This document shows positions 12,701 to 25,137 of a DNA stretch of 64,000 bases, in pieces; the stretch's first letter is position 1, and each line of letters opens with the position of its first letter. The notes under the pieces were generated by a model. It saw nothing but the letters and a program-made list of their open reading frames with translations. It was not told where the DNA came from and did not search any database. This stretch comes from Antedon mediterranea. Lineage: Eukaryota > Animalia > Echinodermata. Position numbers and translations under genes: made by a program. The stretch is taken from assembly GCF_964355755.1 (NCBI RefSeq), contig NC_092672.1, positions 30,944,437 to 31,008,436 on the forward strand, read 5' to 3'.

Positions 12701-14446
12701 TTCATTATGGCAAAGATTCCCATTAACATCTAACGAAACAGTGCTACCCTTTTGTGGCTTATTTTTATATCCCAAATCTTTAAGGCATTTCCAGAGTTTA
12801 TTGGGATTATTTTTGTTAACTTCTACCTTATTTAAAAAACATTCAGATTTTGCTTTCTTTATGTCCTTTTGTATGCGATTACGTAACTTACGAAATGCAT
12901 CGTAAAGGTCTGGCCTATTTGGGTTATTCTTGAACTTATTTAATAGTGAGTCTCTTTCTTTTATGGCACTTAATATTTCCGGTGTCATCCACTCTTTAGA
13001 TTTTTGTTTTAGGCGCACCTGTTTGAGAGGAGCCATTCTGTTTATAAGAGACAAAAATATTTTTTTTAAAGAGCACCAGGCAAAGTCCACATCTGATGAA
13101 TCGAGAACAGGCGACCAATCAGATTGTGTTAATTGCTCATTAAAAATATTAACATCGTAGTTCTTAAGTGAACGAATTTTGATAGTTTTATGTTGGTTAA
13201 ATTTATATTTTAAAGATTTACGAGTACAAAACGTTAGGCTGTGGTCACTAATGCCTACATGGATGACACCCGATTGCAAATTTTTTTGCGAATGGTTACA
13301 TATGATAATATCTAAAACTGTTGATGTATACTTAGTAATTCGAGTTGGTTCCTTTATCAGATGGGTAAAGCTAAAAGTTTCAAGAGTTGTTTCTAACATT
13401 TTGTATATTGATGCAGATTCATTTTTCAAATTAATATTGAAGTCACCAAGGACAATAACTTCGACATCTGGTCGAATAGCAGCCAATATATTTTCAAACG
13501 AGTCAATAAATAGCTTATATGATTGACTTGGTGGACGATAAATTGATCCAACAACAATAGGACGCGTCCTCGGAAGCAAAATTTCCATCCAAATTGATTC
13601 AATACTTTCAGAATCCAGGTCCCGGCGTTCGCGTATAGATAGTCTTTCCTTGACAAAAAAACAAACACCTCCTCCAGACCGATTTCGATCTCGACGGAAA
13701 ACGTTGTATCCTTCAATGTTGAGCTCCGCATCAGGAACAGTTTTATCCAACATAGTTTCACATATAGAGATAACGGCTGCATTGGTTTTTATTGCGAGTA
13801 GGCGGAGTTCAGACATCTTTGGCAGTATTGACCTTACGTTAAGATGAATGAAGTGAAGTCTTCCTCCACATTGAGATGGATTCCGGGTCCCGGGTTTGGA
13901 GAAATATATGTGATTATAGACGGGTATACTAGACCCGACCAGTTTGGTATTGTTGTATCTGCTTATCACGTGACGATGCCAGGCATGGGCAGCAGAGAGA
14001 GCACGTGTATCGTCGTCTCGCTCGATCCTCAGCAGGAATGTACAGTATACGTTACGCTTCATTGATTTTGTGAAAATTATTTTTGCGAAAATCGGCAAAC
14101 GTAAAGTGCAAACATATCTAATTTTTCACTGTTTTGATGAATTTTCATAAAAAATTGACTTTATAAATGGGAAGACCGACTAAAATTACATCAGATAAGT
14201 ATAATTTTACAAAAGTAATTGATATGGTTTATGATAACGAGTCGTCGGAAGATGGATCATTTCACGAATTTCCTATTTTGTAACCACAGTGTGATTTTGC
14301 CGTAGCTGCACTTGTAATCTGGCCTGATTTCACAGCCTTCGTTCTGCTTCACTGGGCGCTTATATAAATTGAAACTTTTACCGTTCAAGAGACAAACAAA
14401 TATATTTTACATTTTTTACTATTCATTTTAAACCCGGAACCCCCCT
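9704..14446. mobile_element. Non-autonomous TTAA-target DNA transposon (Kolobok-like AG...CT termini) hosting a LINE insertion
   Basis: TTAA|AGGGGGATTCTGGGTTTAAAAT at 9700-9725 and ATTTTAAACCCGGAACCCCCCT|TTAA at 14425-14450 form imperfect TIRs with a TTAA duplication. Confidence 0.7.
10748..13907 (-). mobile_element. CR1/L2-group non-LTR retrotransposon, 5'-truncated, ORF2 with AP endonuclease and reverse transcriptase, probably inactive
   Basis: ORF 11096-14098 has EN motifs (HLNVRS, ICET, IYRPP, LGDFN, SDH) and RT motifs (NYRPIS, QSGFR, LDVQKAFDSV, LYADD, KYLG). GVPQGS is degraded to EVPQDS and the C-terminus is frameshifted near 11110. The 3' tail is AATAA(ATCAA)n. The first ~65 aa of the ORF are probably read-through from flanking DNA. 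Confidence 0.92.
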
Positions 14447-15837
14447 TTAACTTGATCTTTATTAATTTGCATTATAATTTCTATTTTTTAACTACTGTAC
14501 CTTCACACACGCGCCCTATGTTTTAAAATAAACAAAAAACTGAAATGGCTATGACTAATGACCAACTTAAGCTCCAGTCCTACTATCTGATTTTTTTTTT
14601 TTTTCGTCTTCCAAAGGGACACTGTATTGATTGATGGAAAGTGCCTGTTTCCAGTCACCTTTAGGGTCAAATCTATTATCTTAACTGCTCCCTTGTGTAT
14701 AAAAGAGAGAAAATATTCGAAACCAGGTTATTGCAAGGTGAACTTATCTTAAACCCGGAAATTACTTGACCGGGAAGAATTGAAATTGAGTTGAAAATCT
14801 AATGTTGAAATCATAAATTTTGTTAAAAAACTCTTTATAATATCTTCCTAAGATAGAAATATGGAACAATAGCGTTGATCTGAACACTAATGTTATCAAA
14901 CCTACGTTTCGCGGTACATCTCCGATAGATAAGGTAGGTATCCAAGGCGGAGATTTGTACCGAAGTTTTTGCATTGTGCTCGCCTATGTCAGAATTAACG
15001 ATAATTTATATATAGATAATACCTTACAACCTCTAAATCAAGCCCACTGGGCTTTTTTTCAAGATAGACTAATTGAATATAACATGAACAAGGTAATTTG
15101 ATGCCAGATAACTTGTGATGCAGATATAATGTATGATGAAGTGATGATATGATCATACATTTATTTTCAGTTTAAAAATGGTATTTTGATCACAAATAAT
15201 ATCTCAAATATCCTATTATTGAGTCAATATTATTCTAGTAGCAATTCACAAAATTTACAGCATTCATTTCGAAAAGAAGTTCCCCTTTTTAGTTTGCAAA
15301 AATAACTTAGAAAAGAAGCCCTAAATGCGTATAGGCCTAAGCTGATGTTTTCAATTCGCGCGAAAAAAAAAATCGGCTAAACAACGTTAGATCCTTCTTT
15401 TAAACTCAAAGGTCTGATAATGAAAACAAAGTCGTGTTACATAATTCTACATTATTGACGCCCCAGGATATTTTTCAGCCTTATATCCGTTTGAATGGTT
15501 ACATTGCTGTTTCGTGTTTTTAATTAAAAAGTGGAGTTAATTGATTTACATCAAAATACGACTACGATTTCAGTCATTTCCAATTTAAACGCTTTTGCAG
15601 CAAGGCGAAAAGCAGTTGATGCAGATTTTTCAATACATCTTTATTGCCGAATCCAAGTAAGTAGATTTAGGTAAATTAATGTTTGTTTTCACACTTTGAT
15701 GTTATTTTCCTATCACTCCCTGCAAATGCAAGTAAAGTTTCTTGTCTAAAGTACACGTGAAATGCGATTAGCATTGGACTCGAACCCACAATCTCACCAT
15801 CAGTCCAACGTTCAACACACTGAATAACCGCTCTCAG

Positions 15838-15995
15838 TTAAGTTCTGTCTACACTATCAAACTTTATTAAAAACATGTGAGTGCCCATAATGGACATGAT
15901 GATGTCATCACTACCATACTTGGGCATACCACTACCACCATTGGGCACATCACACTTTTTTGTTAAACTAGTTTGATAGTGTAGACTGAGCTTAA
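15838..15995. mobile_element. MITE family B (CTGTCTACACTATCAAACT...AGTTTGATAGTGTAGAC)
   Basis: TIRs bounded by TTAA-like ends. Other copies at 27326-28245, 35364-35505, 41740-41842 (partial) and 44700-44745 (partial). Confidence 0.8.
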
Positions 15996-16270
15996 CTGAG
16001 AGCAGTTATGTAGTGTGTTGAACGTTGGACTGATGGCGAGATTGTGGGTTTGAGTCTCTCATCCCATTGCATGTGTACTTTAGGCAAGAAACTTTACTTG
16101 CATTTGCCTCTCTCTCCACCCATGGGGAAGAAAAATGGGTACACAAGACACAAACTGCGCTGATTACTAGCTCCCACATTATGGGAGTATGCTGCCATAC
16201 GTGTTTGATAAACGAAAAATGAAGAATAATGTGAAGCGCTTCAAGGTTTTGGGGGCATAAATGACAACCT
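15996..16270 (+). mobile_element. Degraded tRNA-derived SINE with a CORE-like central domain; inverted partial copy at 15720-15837
   Basis: B-box-like GGTT(T/C)GAGTC, then GGCAAGAAACTTTACTTGCATTTGCCTCTCTC...AAATGGGTAC and a tail containing GTGAAGCGCTT. Confidence 0.55.
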
Positions 16271-16296
16271 TTACCTTTAAAATGCTTCTTTCGTTA

Positions 16297-17772
16297 AAGC
16301 TCGGGTTTCTGACTAGGACGCAACGTAAGCGTAACGTAAAGTGTGGTTCCCACTAGAACGCAACGCAGCGACGTATTGACACAAAGTGCTGTACCGACGA
16401 CGCAATAGTGCTGCAAACATCGCAGGTTTTATTTCACGCAGGAGGCGGGAGCAAAGACAATTATTAGAAAGGCATTTCCTTAAGCTTGGTTTCGACTCGG
16501 ACGCAACGCAAGGACATAAACGCAACGCAATCGTGTTGACAAATGACAAGCGAGAGTTCGAATAAGCTATCGCTTGTGATTGGTCAACTAACTTACGTTT
16601 CGTTACGTCCTTGCGTTGCGTCTCTAGTGGGAACCAAGCATTATGTTTTGTAGGTTGCGTTACGTTGCGTCGCTAGTGGGAACTAAGTCTAATGGGAACC
16701 ACGCTTTACAACGAGCTATCAATCGACACACGCATTCTTCTTTCCTACATCTTACAAACCATGCTAGTTTGTCTTTTACAAACCATACTTTGTCTTTACA
16801 AAAGTTTGCCTTTTGATAATAAAAGGCGAAATATGATCGAACATGAAATTTGTTGTTATCAAGTTGAAAAATAACGAATGTTGTTGAAAATGAGATTTTT
16901 ATTATTCGGCACAAAATGGTTAACTTTTACAAAATCCAATTCCATAGTTTTTGATCTAGACTTGCCCCAAATCTGTAGTTAATATCTTTCTTTATGTTGG
17001 GCGTTTCAATTTTTGTCTGAATACTACGAAAATACGAATATTATACCAATGAAACGCTATGTGTGAAAATATTTATCTTTTTACTAATTTTCGGTCTAGA
17101 GCCTAGACTAAGTTTAAACATACCGATCATTAGAATACATAGAGATAAGGGGTCAGAATACGATTTATTATTAAACGTTGTTAATGGTGAAGCTTGGTTC
17201 CCACTGGCGACGTAACGTAACGCAACCTACGCAACGTAAGAAAATGTCCTTCCAATCATTGTGTTTGCCCCCGCCTGCGTGAAATCAAACCTGCGATGTT
17301 TGCAGCACTATTGCGTCGTCGGTTCCAACTTGTGAGTATGCAATACAGCACGTTGCGTCGATACTTTGATGTTCGATGCGTTGCGTTCTAGTGGTAAACA
17401 AATTAATGCTAATACAAAAATCGATATTCACTGAAAAAAGTGACGATGAGGGCGTATCATAGGAACTTGAATTTAGAGTGCATTACTTTCATTTTATCAG
17501 TTGGAAAATGCATGCCTTGCTAAGGTAAGTGTTGGTATTTTGTTTATGATATCTACGTATGTAAAGCGTGGTTCCCACTAGCGACGCAATGCAACGCAAC
17601 GCGGGCAACGTATTGACGAAAAGTGCTATATTGCAAGTGGGAACCGACGACGCAACACTGCTGAAAACATCGCGGTTTTAATTTTACGAGGGCAAGCACG
17701 ATTACTGAAAGGACATTTTCTTACGTTGTGAAGGTGCGTTTGTTACGTTGCCTCGCTAGTGGGAACCAAGCT
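16297..17772. mobile_element. Cluster of nested or adjacent MITE family A copies (16297-16705, 17190-17400, 17563-17772)
   Basis: Repeated TGGTTCCCACTAG / CTAGTGGGAACCA termini and a shared internal CGACGACGCAATAGTGCTGCAAACATCGCAGG in both orientations. Confidence 0.8.
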
Positions 17773-18320
17773 GATGTAATGATAAACAGCAACACATTGA
17801 AAGAAATGATGTTTTTAATCGTGTTCAAACGCGCGTTTTTTCAAACATCTGTTTTAAAATCGTCAATGAGATTCAAGTTCTGCGAAAGTTATACCGCCTA
17901 ATCAGTCAAATGCCCTCCTCCACAAACTCAGAATAACAATATTGTTACTTCCTCCAAAATTAAAAAAAACGTAAGGTTACAAAAGAAATAGCTAAAAGTT
18001 CTAGGTTTTTACTTGTTTACTTGTTATCCCTCATAGTCGTATGAATAGAGAGAAATTGAGGCGAAGCATAATATTGCTTATAAGCCCCTCGCGATTATCA
18101 TGTCATATTGTACAAACGGTGTGAACTTTAATGGATGGTTTACCCAAGCCTCATTTAGTCTATTTTTAAACAAATTTAAAGAACTAGCTGAAACAACAAA
18201 GTCAGGAAGACCAGTTTTTGCTTCCATACATAATAAGATGAGAACTTAAACATTAAACTGAAGACTTCAATTATTAAACCATTTTTGTAGTTGCAGAAAA
18301 ACAATGTACTGTTAACTTAA

Positions 18321-18676
18321 AGATGTATCGTATTGTCCCCCTGAAAAACATTTAAATTTCAATATGCCATTTTAATGTCACATAATAGTTATCCACTTTG
18401 ATCCAAATATGGATCGAAACAAAAATGTATTTACCTGAAAAAACGGTAACCTAAAGCATAAAACCAGCTGTCAGTCAATAGGCTTTTGTTTAATTTAACC
18501 ATTGATTTCGTCATTTTAAGTGAAAACAGTATTATTTTTTCCGTTATTTTTTTTTGTTCTATGGAGTAATTAACATTATTAAAACTACAAAATAACCTAT
18601 TCAAAGTCTGATTTAGTTAATCTTCATTTTTCATGTTTCTTTTTTGTTTTGTTTTTGGCGGCGGTACAATATATCT
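18321..18676. mobile_element. MITE family C, TTAA-flanked (AGATGTATTGTCCCC...GGGGACAATACATCT consensus)
   Basis: TTAA on both sides. Homologous copies at 28726-29050, ~27008-27190 (partial) and ~44175-44450 (reverse, partial). Confidence 0.75.
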
Positions 18677-18884
18677 TTAACGATGAAGAAAAATTGTGAG
18701 ATTGCTCCAAATGGCGGGAATGCGGAATTAAAAAAAGTATGATGAAACGAGCAAACGGGATACATACTCTTCTGTGATTGATTACAAATAGTACGGTAAC
18801 CTTCCTGGTAACGATATAGAATCTAGCCAATTATATTTTAACACAATCATTACAAACCTTTTTTAGGCCTACCATCAACAAGAA

Positions 18885-21800
18885 ATGTTATCGAGAACAA
18901 GTTTAGTTTATCTGGAAAATACGTGGAATGTGTTACTCTCGGTCACTGTGATATCGTTATTTTTTGCATTTACTAAAGGTAAGATATTTTGTATGCAAAT
19001 AAATAAATGAAATATACACTACCTTCAATATACCGAAATTTCTACTACATAAATCTGCGTGTCATAAATAGGTCATAAATATTGTTTTTACGGGTAGACC
19101 GGGTGATTTGGAAAAAATACAAAACCCTTATTGTGGGAAAACTTATAGTAACTTTAGTATTCCTAGGGTCCATCTGGGAGGCGCTGTCCTGTGGCTGCAG
19201 TGGGTCCGTAGTAGAAATTCCACATTCTCTCATACCCTCTAGCGGTGTTTGATTGCCATTATTAATACTAGCTTCTACTGATATATTTATTTAAATATCT
19301 ATTGTTTTCATATTCCTTCAGATTCCTTTATTATTTATCCAATCTTTTGAGACTTATTCAATTTCAGCGTTTCCAATAATATTCTTTCCGCACCAATGAA
19401 ATTCAAATATTTCGTTTTGCTTTCACTTTTCACACAGGCAATTTAAAAGAAATAATATGCGAGGGTCAAACACACCAGATAACATGCACAAATGGAGGGA
19501 ACATTCAAGTAATATCAGCGCATTATGGTCGCTATGAGCCTGGTAGTGTGTACTGTCCCCATTCATCGTCACCGGCTCATAGTTGTGGATACGATACATC
19601 AGAATACGCGTCTAATTTGTGTAATGATATGAACTCATGTTCAGTGAGGTCCTTCAGTATGTATGGCGATCCTTGTCCAGGCATTTACAAATATATGGAG
19701 GTGGATTACACATGTGGTTCAGGTAATTAAATTACAATCAATTACAATCAATGAATTGATGTAAATCATAATTGATAAGCGAAACATTCAAGAGTGTAAA
19801 GTGTGGGTTTGTGCTGGTGGTTCTGTCCGATTTTTGAGCATCCAATTTCTCCAAAACAATTCCGTAATATTATAGTATCACATATGTGTCACAAGTATCT
19901 GATCGTAGCCTATTATGCGGTATACCTTCGCCATTACCGACCTAACACTGCAAGGTGCAGGCACCACATGTGATGCAAATGAGATGATTTATTGCCAAAT
20001 TTGCATACATACTGAGCAAATATTGTGCTTTCGTATATGGAGACACAACACTAAGGATTGGGTATGAATGCAGTTATCCCACCCTACTTCTCCCTCCTTT
20101 TTTTGAAAAAAAAAGGGTGGGGAGAGTAATTTTTAAAATAAAGGAATCATTTACTTTATTTCATCGAACGCTTCCCATTCACCCCAGCCCAAACCCACGC
20201 AACATAAAAGCACCAATCCCCTCTCTACACCCCACCCACACCTTCCCGTCCCATCCATATGGCAGTACGATCGATCAAATAAAAACCAATCAGTCATTTT
20301 TTAGGTTATATCATTTCAAAAAAAGAGTAAACAATTGTATTGATTTGTACACCGCCGACGTCTGTTAAATGTATATCTATCTGCAAACACATTAGTTTAA
20401 CAGAACACTTATAAAATGATTTTAAACGGCGCCATTTAGGCCTAAGTGTGTTAATTATTGTACTACACTTAGCATATATAGTTAACCATTGATACATTTT
20501 GAGTAAATGGTCCGTAATGTGCGGTCATATCAAGGCAATCTAACAACAGGATGCTGAGCTCCGGAGATCAAAGGGTTTATAAGTGGCTGCGACATGATCA
20601 GTTCCATTTCCCAGACACCGCGCGCCGCGAGGAATATATAGGCCCACATAGTACAGTACATTAGGGACCCTCACAAAAATACAATTTGACAAGAAATTAA
20701 CATACAACAATTAAAAATTAAATTAAATAAATAGAATTTATAAAAATTCATAATATATATAGATAACTAAAAGCAAAGGGGACATCAATTAAACAATTAA
20801 ACAAAATAAAAAGCCATGTCAGAGAGAGATATGAGAAAGGAAGCAATTAAACAAGGAGAAGAGATGGTTCTTGAGCAATTTGAAGTAAGATTAGTATTTG
20901 TCGCATAAGATCAACGAAAAGAAAGTTCTTTTCTTGGCAAGGAGTGTTCAGTGTCCTGTTGTTAAGTCGCCTTGGTCATATTAAGTGTCCATATTTTGGG
21001 GTTCTGTCCTCGAAAAATAAGGAGGACCACATAATCTCTGCCAGTGCTGGCAACGTGTCAGGGCTATTTCAAATAGCAAAACCAGGCCGCTATTTAACCT
21101 CACAAAAACACTAATTCAGATATGTATTAGTTTTCCTTACGCATACGGTAATTGATGATAGAATTTATGTGCGGAAATTAAAATATTATACTTTATCGAT
21201 TTTTATTTTATTACGGTGAGATGCATTTAATTATACCATGTCAGTCATCTAATCAAATCGTTTAATTAAACCAAAAACGGTCAAGAATTGACAATACTTG
21301 TGGTAAGAATTTGTGAATACCAAAGTACAAAGTACACTATAAACCTCGAATCAAAAAAAAAATACTCTTTAACATTTGTTTATTGATTTCTAGTCTAAAT
21401 CCATAACGCCATAATTGTTCAAAAATAAAGTTTGATGATCTTTGTACAATGGCCGACATGTATGATGGCCAAAGATATTTCCGGTAAAAGAAACCTGGGA
21501 AGAGTGTAATTTCTCTCTTCCTAAAGTAACTAAAGTACATTGCTAAATTAATATAATTTGATAAATTGCCAGTACGTGTTATATGTTGTCAGCGCTTAAT
21601 AGAGGCCTTGGCCTAGGATTTGTTGATTCGTTTTTTTATTCACTGGTAATATTAACACGAGGCGTATTTAAAGCAATGCCACTTATCTATATTGATTTAT
21701 ATTAAAAAATAATTTTGTTTGCATTATTGTTGATTAACTTTAGAATTAGGAATATCCGGTGGACTACAATGAACACGATTCAGGTTAAATTGATAACACG

Positions 21801-22561
21801 ACCTATGACACTGTGTATAAACAAGCGCATCTTTCAACGATTTAAAATATTCAAACCATTCCACGAATACAAAACATTAATTATTCACCTACTGTTGAAA
21901 GAAAATGGAAATTCATTCCATTTGGCCTAATATAAAGAACATACATTAATGCGTTGACAGAAGCGCAAGAAAAACATTCAAATGTATAAATGTTGATACT
22001 TTACATAAGGTTAGGTAGTCTTTTTTAACTTTAAGCTCCTGTATAACATTTTTTACCCATTTAATGTTGACTGAAGTGTGGAACATTTTAAAATATTAGA
22101 CAATAATTTTAATCCGGACAATAACAAATATGGCGCTCAGAATTTGACCGCAGAGTAGAGCCGTTAGACGGCCCACACAGGTTCAAAGATAATTAATGCG
22201 CATGCGCATTTTAGGGTTAGTGGCAATAAGGTTTACTAACATTAATGTGTTACTGATCTAATCATCTTTTTCAGATGAACCACCGAAGCAACCACTGAGG
22301 CAGTCATATGCAAAGTTAGTTGATGGAGCGTGTTTGACTGTAAACGCTATTGGTGACTTATCGTTAGCTCATAAAATCACAAGGAACAGCTTACAGTGTT
22401 TTCAATTTTGCAAATCAGTTGAGCAGTGTAACGCGTTTCAGATTCGTCATAAAAGTTGCTACGCTCTCAGTGATGACGGAAATGCGTTTCAATATTATTA
22501 CAATGAACCCGATTGCGCACTTTATCATGTCTATAATAATACTCTATTCACAGATAATTAA
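18885..22561 (+). CDS. Secreted SUEL/rhamnose-binding (Gal_Lectin) lectin with a C-terminal PAN/apple-like domain; coding exons 18885-18978, 19438-19722, 22275-22561 (~221 aa)
   Basis: All junctions are GT-AG and phase 1. Exon 1 is hydrophobic (VLLSVTVISLFFAFTKG). Exon 2 has the SUEL signature CEG...ITC...SAHYGR...YGDPCPGIYKYMEVDYTC. Exon 3 has the PAN-like pattern C...CFQFCKSVEQCNAF...C...C. A possible upstream non-coding exon ends at 17524 (AAG|GTAAGT), with an acceptor at 18866. Confidence 0.85.
20530..20973. mobile_element. MITE family D in intron 2 of the lectin gene
   Basis: Inverted termini CAAGGCAATCTAACAACAGGA / TCCTGTTGTTAAGTCGCCTTG. Related sequence at ~2975-3050 and 23305-23937. 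Confidence 0.6.
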
Positions 22562-23288
22562 TGGAAAACTGTCTCATGATATGCGTGTGACACGCGAGGA
22601 TCATTTAATATTTATGAGGATAGTAAACGTAAATTTCAAATATTTAAAAAAGAAATATTAAGCCGTTTTCACCAGGTGAAGAATTTGTTCGTACGAATCA
22701 AATATTCTTCAATAATCTGATGCGATTTTTTGAAACGCAAAAATAGAAACAATGAATATGAATGTGAATAGTCCTAAACATATCAAAACTTTCCATTCAC
22801 AAGGTCATCGAACTATCTAATTTTATAGCTAGCTTGATGGCGAGATTAATTACCTAGGATCGAAATTAATGTAAAATTAATGTAATTGGAACGCATTAAT
22901 TAAGTTCAGTATGGAGACATATGACTGTTATGACCATTCAATCTTTTACGGAATTCTATTAAATGCACACCAGTTATAAACGTAATATGATATTATTAAC
23001 TCATAAATAAACTATTAAGAAATAATTTATTATGTAATAAAATGTAATAAAGCCAAAGTGGTACAATGGGTCTATTGTAATAACATGACAATGGTTGTAT
23101 TAAACACTAAGTGCTCACACAAAAACAACGTTGTGTGCACTGAGGCTTGAAAAGTACGCGATGGATTGAATTGATAGGAGTATATTTCTTCTTTGAGCGC
23201 CACTATTGCAGAAAGAAACTATGCTAACGTACTATATAATACACAGATGAGGGAAATTCCAAAAAAAGCTAACGATATATTGTAGTAT

Positions 23289-23770
23289 GTTAGTATTCTA
23301 GTTACAGGCAATCTAACAACAGGACACTGAGTCTGTCTTACCAAGATAGGACCTTGTAACAGTCCTTTTGTTTGTTCTTAGAATTAATGTTAGTATTCTT
23401 GTTACAGGCAATCTAACAACAGGACACTGAGTCTGTCTTACCAAGATAGGACCTTGTAACAGTCCTTTGTTTGTTCTTAGAATTAATGTTAGTATTCTTG
23501 TTACAGGCAATCTAACAACAGGACACTGAGCCTGTCTTACCAAGATAGGACCTTGTAACAGTCCTTTGTTTGTTCTTAGAATTAATGTTAGTATTCTTGT
23601 TACAGGCAATCTAACAACAGGACACTGAGCCTGTCTTACCAAGATAGGACCTTGTAACAGTCCTTTGTTTGTTCTTAGAATTAATGTTAGTATTCTTGTT
23701 ACAGGCAATCTAACAACAGGACACTGAGCCTGTCTTACCAAGATAGGACATCGTTACAGTCCTTTGTTCT
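23289..23770. repeat. 99-bp tandem repeat, ~4.7 near-identical copies, derived from a MITE D end plus flank
   Basis: TTAGTATTCT recurs at ~23290, 23390, 23489, 23588 and 23687. The unit contains GGCAATCTAACAACAGGACACTGAG. Confidence 0.92.
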
Positions 23771-23939
23771 TAGGATTGGCTGCGACAAATTCTGTACATT
23801 ATTCTCCCGTTTCTAGTAACCAAACATTTGATGAAACCAATTGGTCAATCAAAAATCAGTCAAACGTTCAGTGGGTGTGGAATTGATCATGTCGCAACCA
23901 AACATAAAATCTTTGATATAACGGAGCTCAGCATCTTTA

Positions 23940-24848
23940 AGTACAATCTTTAAATCATCACATTGTTTAATGTATGCTGATGATCTTAAAATGTATAAAA
24001 CAATTAGTTCCAGAGTGGATTCAAGTCTGCTTCAAGAGAACCTTCACCGATTGTGTGAATTGTCACAAAAGTGGGGATTGGAACTCAACCCCGGAAAGTG
24101 TAAAATGTTAAGTATTATACCATTACTGATAATTTCATTGATAGATCTTGGTGTTTATGTTGACTCTAAACTTAATTTTTCTGTTCATATTAATGAAACC
24201 GTTAAAAGGGCTAACCGTTTGTTGGGACTCATGTGGAGAAATTGTAAGGATCTTCACCCCCAAACAAAAATTTCTCTTTATCAGATGTTTATTTGACCTT
24301 CTCTTGATTTCGGTTCTGTTATTTATAATTCAATTAGTGTGGTTCATGTCAATCGTATTGAAAGGTTCCATCATCGTTTCATGCGGTTTGTCTCATATAA
24401 GCAAACTGAGCAAATTAATTTGGTTAAATGTTTATCACCTAAATTACGTCGAGCTTACCTTGATCTTAAGTTTCTATATAATTCCATTCATAGTAATTTT
24501 GATTGTAATTTTATTTCTTGTTTTTTTTTTCCATGTTCCTTCCCGTAGATTAAGATCCAAACTCACATTTCATGTTCCCTTTAGGAGGGTGAATTTCTGC
24601 CAAAATGGATTGTTTTGTAGACTTAGTAAATTATATAATTCTCTTTTAGTTATAGATGATGGCCTTGATATTTTTTCTGATTCATTGAATCAGTTTAAGA
24701 ACAAAGTGTTAAGTATTTTATAATTTTCTAATGCTACCTTATTATCTTGTTTTATTCATGTATTTGTATCCGTTTTGTGTTTACCCTCCTGTTATTGGCG
24801 AATTTATTTTGCTGTTGGTTGGGTTTGGAAATAAAAATGAAAAAATAA
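23940..24848 (+). mobile_element. 5'-truncated, frameshifted LINE fragment (RT C-terminal half)
   Basis: CLMYADDLKMY, LNPGKCK, DLGVYVDSKLNF and KRANRLLG motifs with stops and frameshifts; A-rich tail GGAAATAAAAATGAAAAAA. Confidence 0.85.
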
Positions 24849-25137
24849 GTTCAAATACAGGTTCATACGCTTGGTTTAAAAGTAAGGGGTTAATGAAAAA
24901 GTAACAGTAGGCCTACACAGGAATTAATAAATCCAAAGGCAATACTGAAAAATGACAATACTGTGGATATCAGTGGCTGGATCTTAATGGAGATACAAAA
25001 TAAAGTAAGCACTGAAAAAATCACAATGCTTTGGGTATCAGTGGCTGGATCTCAATGACAGATACAAATAAAATAAGCCAAACTAAATCAAAACGATAAA
25101 GTAAATCAGTCAGAAAAAAATGTGCAGCATGTTTACT

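Noticed and set aside
13908-14098. N-terminal ~65 aa of the 1000-aa LINE ORF
   Set aside because: Non-ATG start and no domain similarity. It lies in the surrounding DNA element, so it is likely chance read-through.
23313-23741. 142-aa ORF with 33-aa repeats
   Set aside because: It is a translation of the 99-bp tandem repeat and has a non-ATG start.
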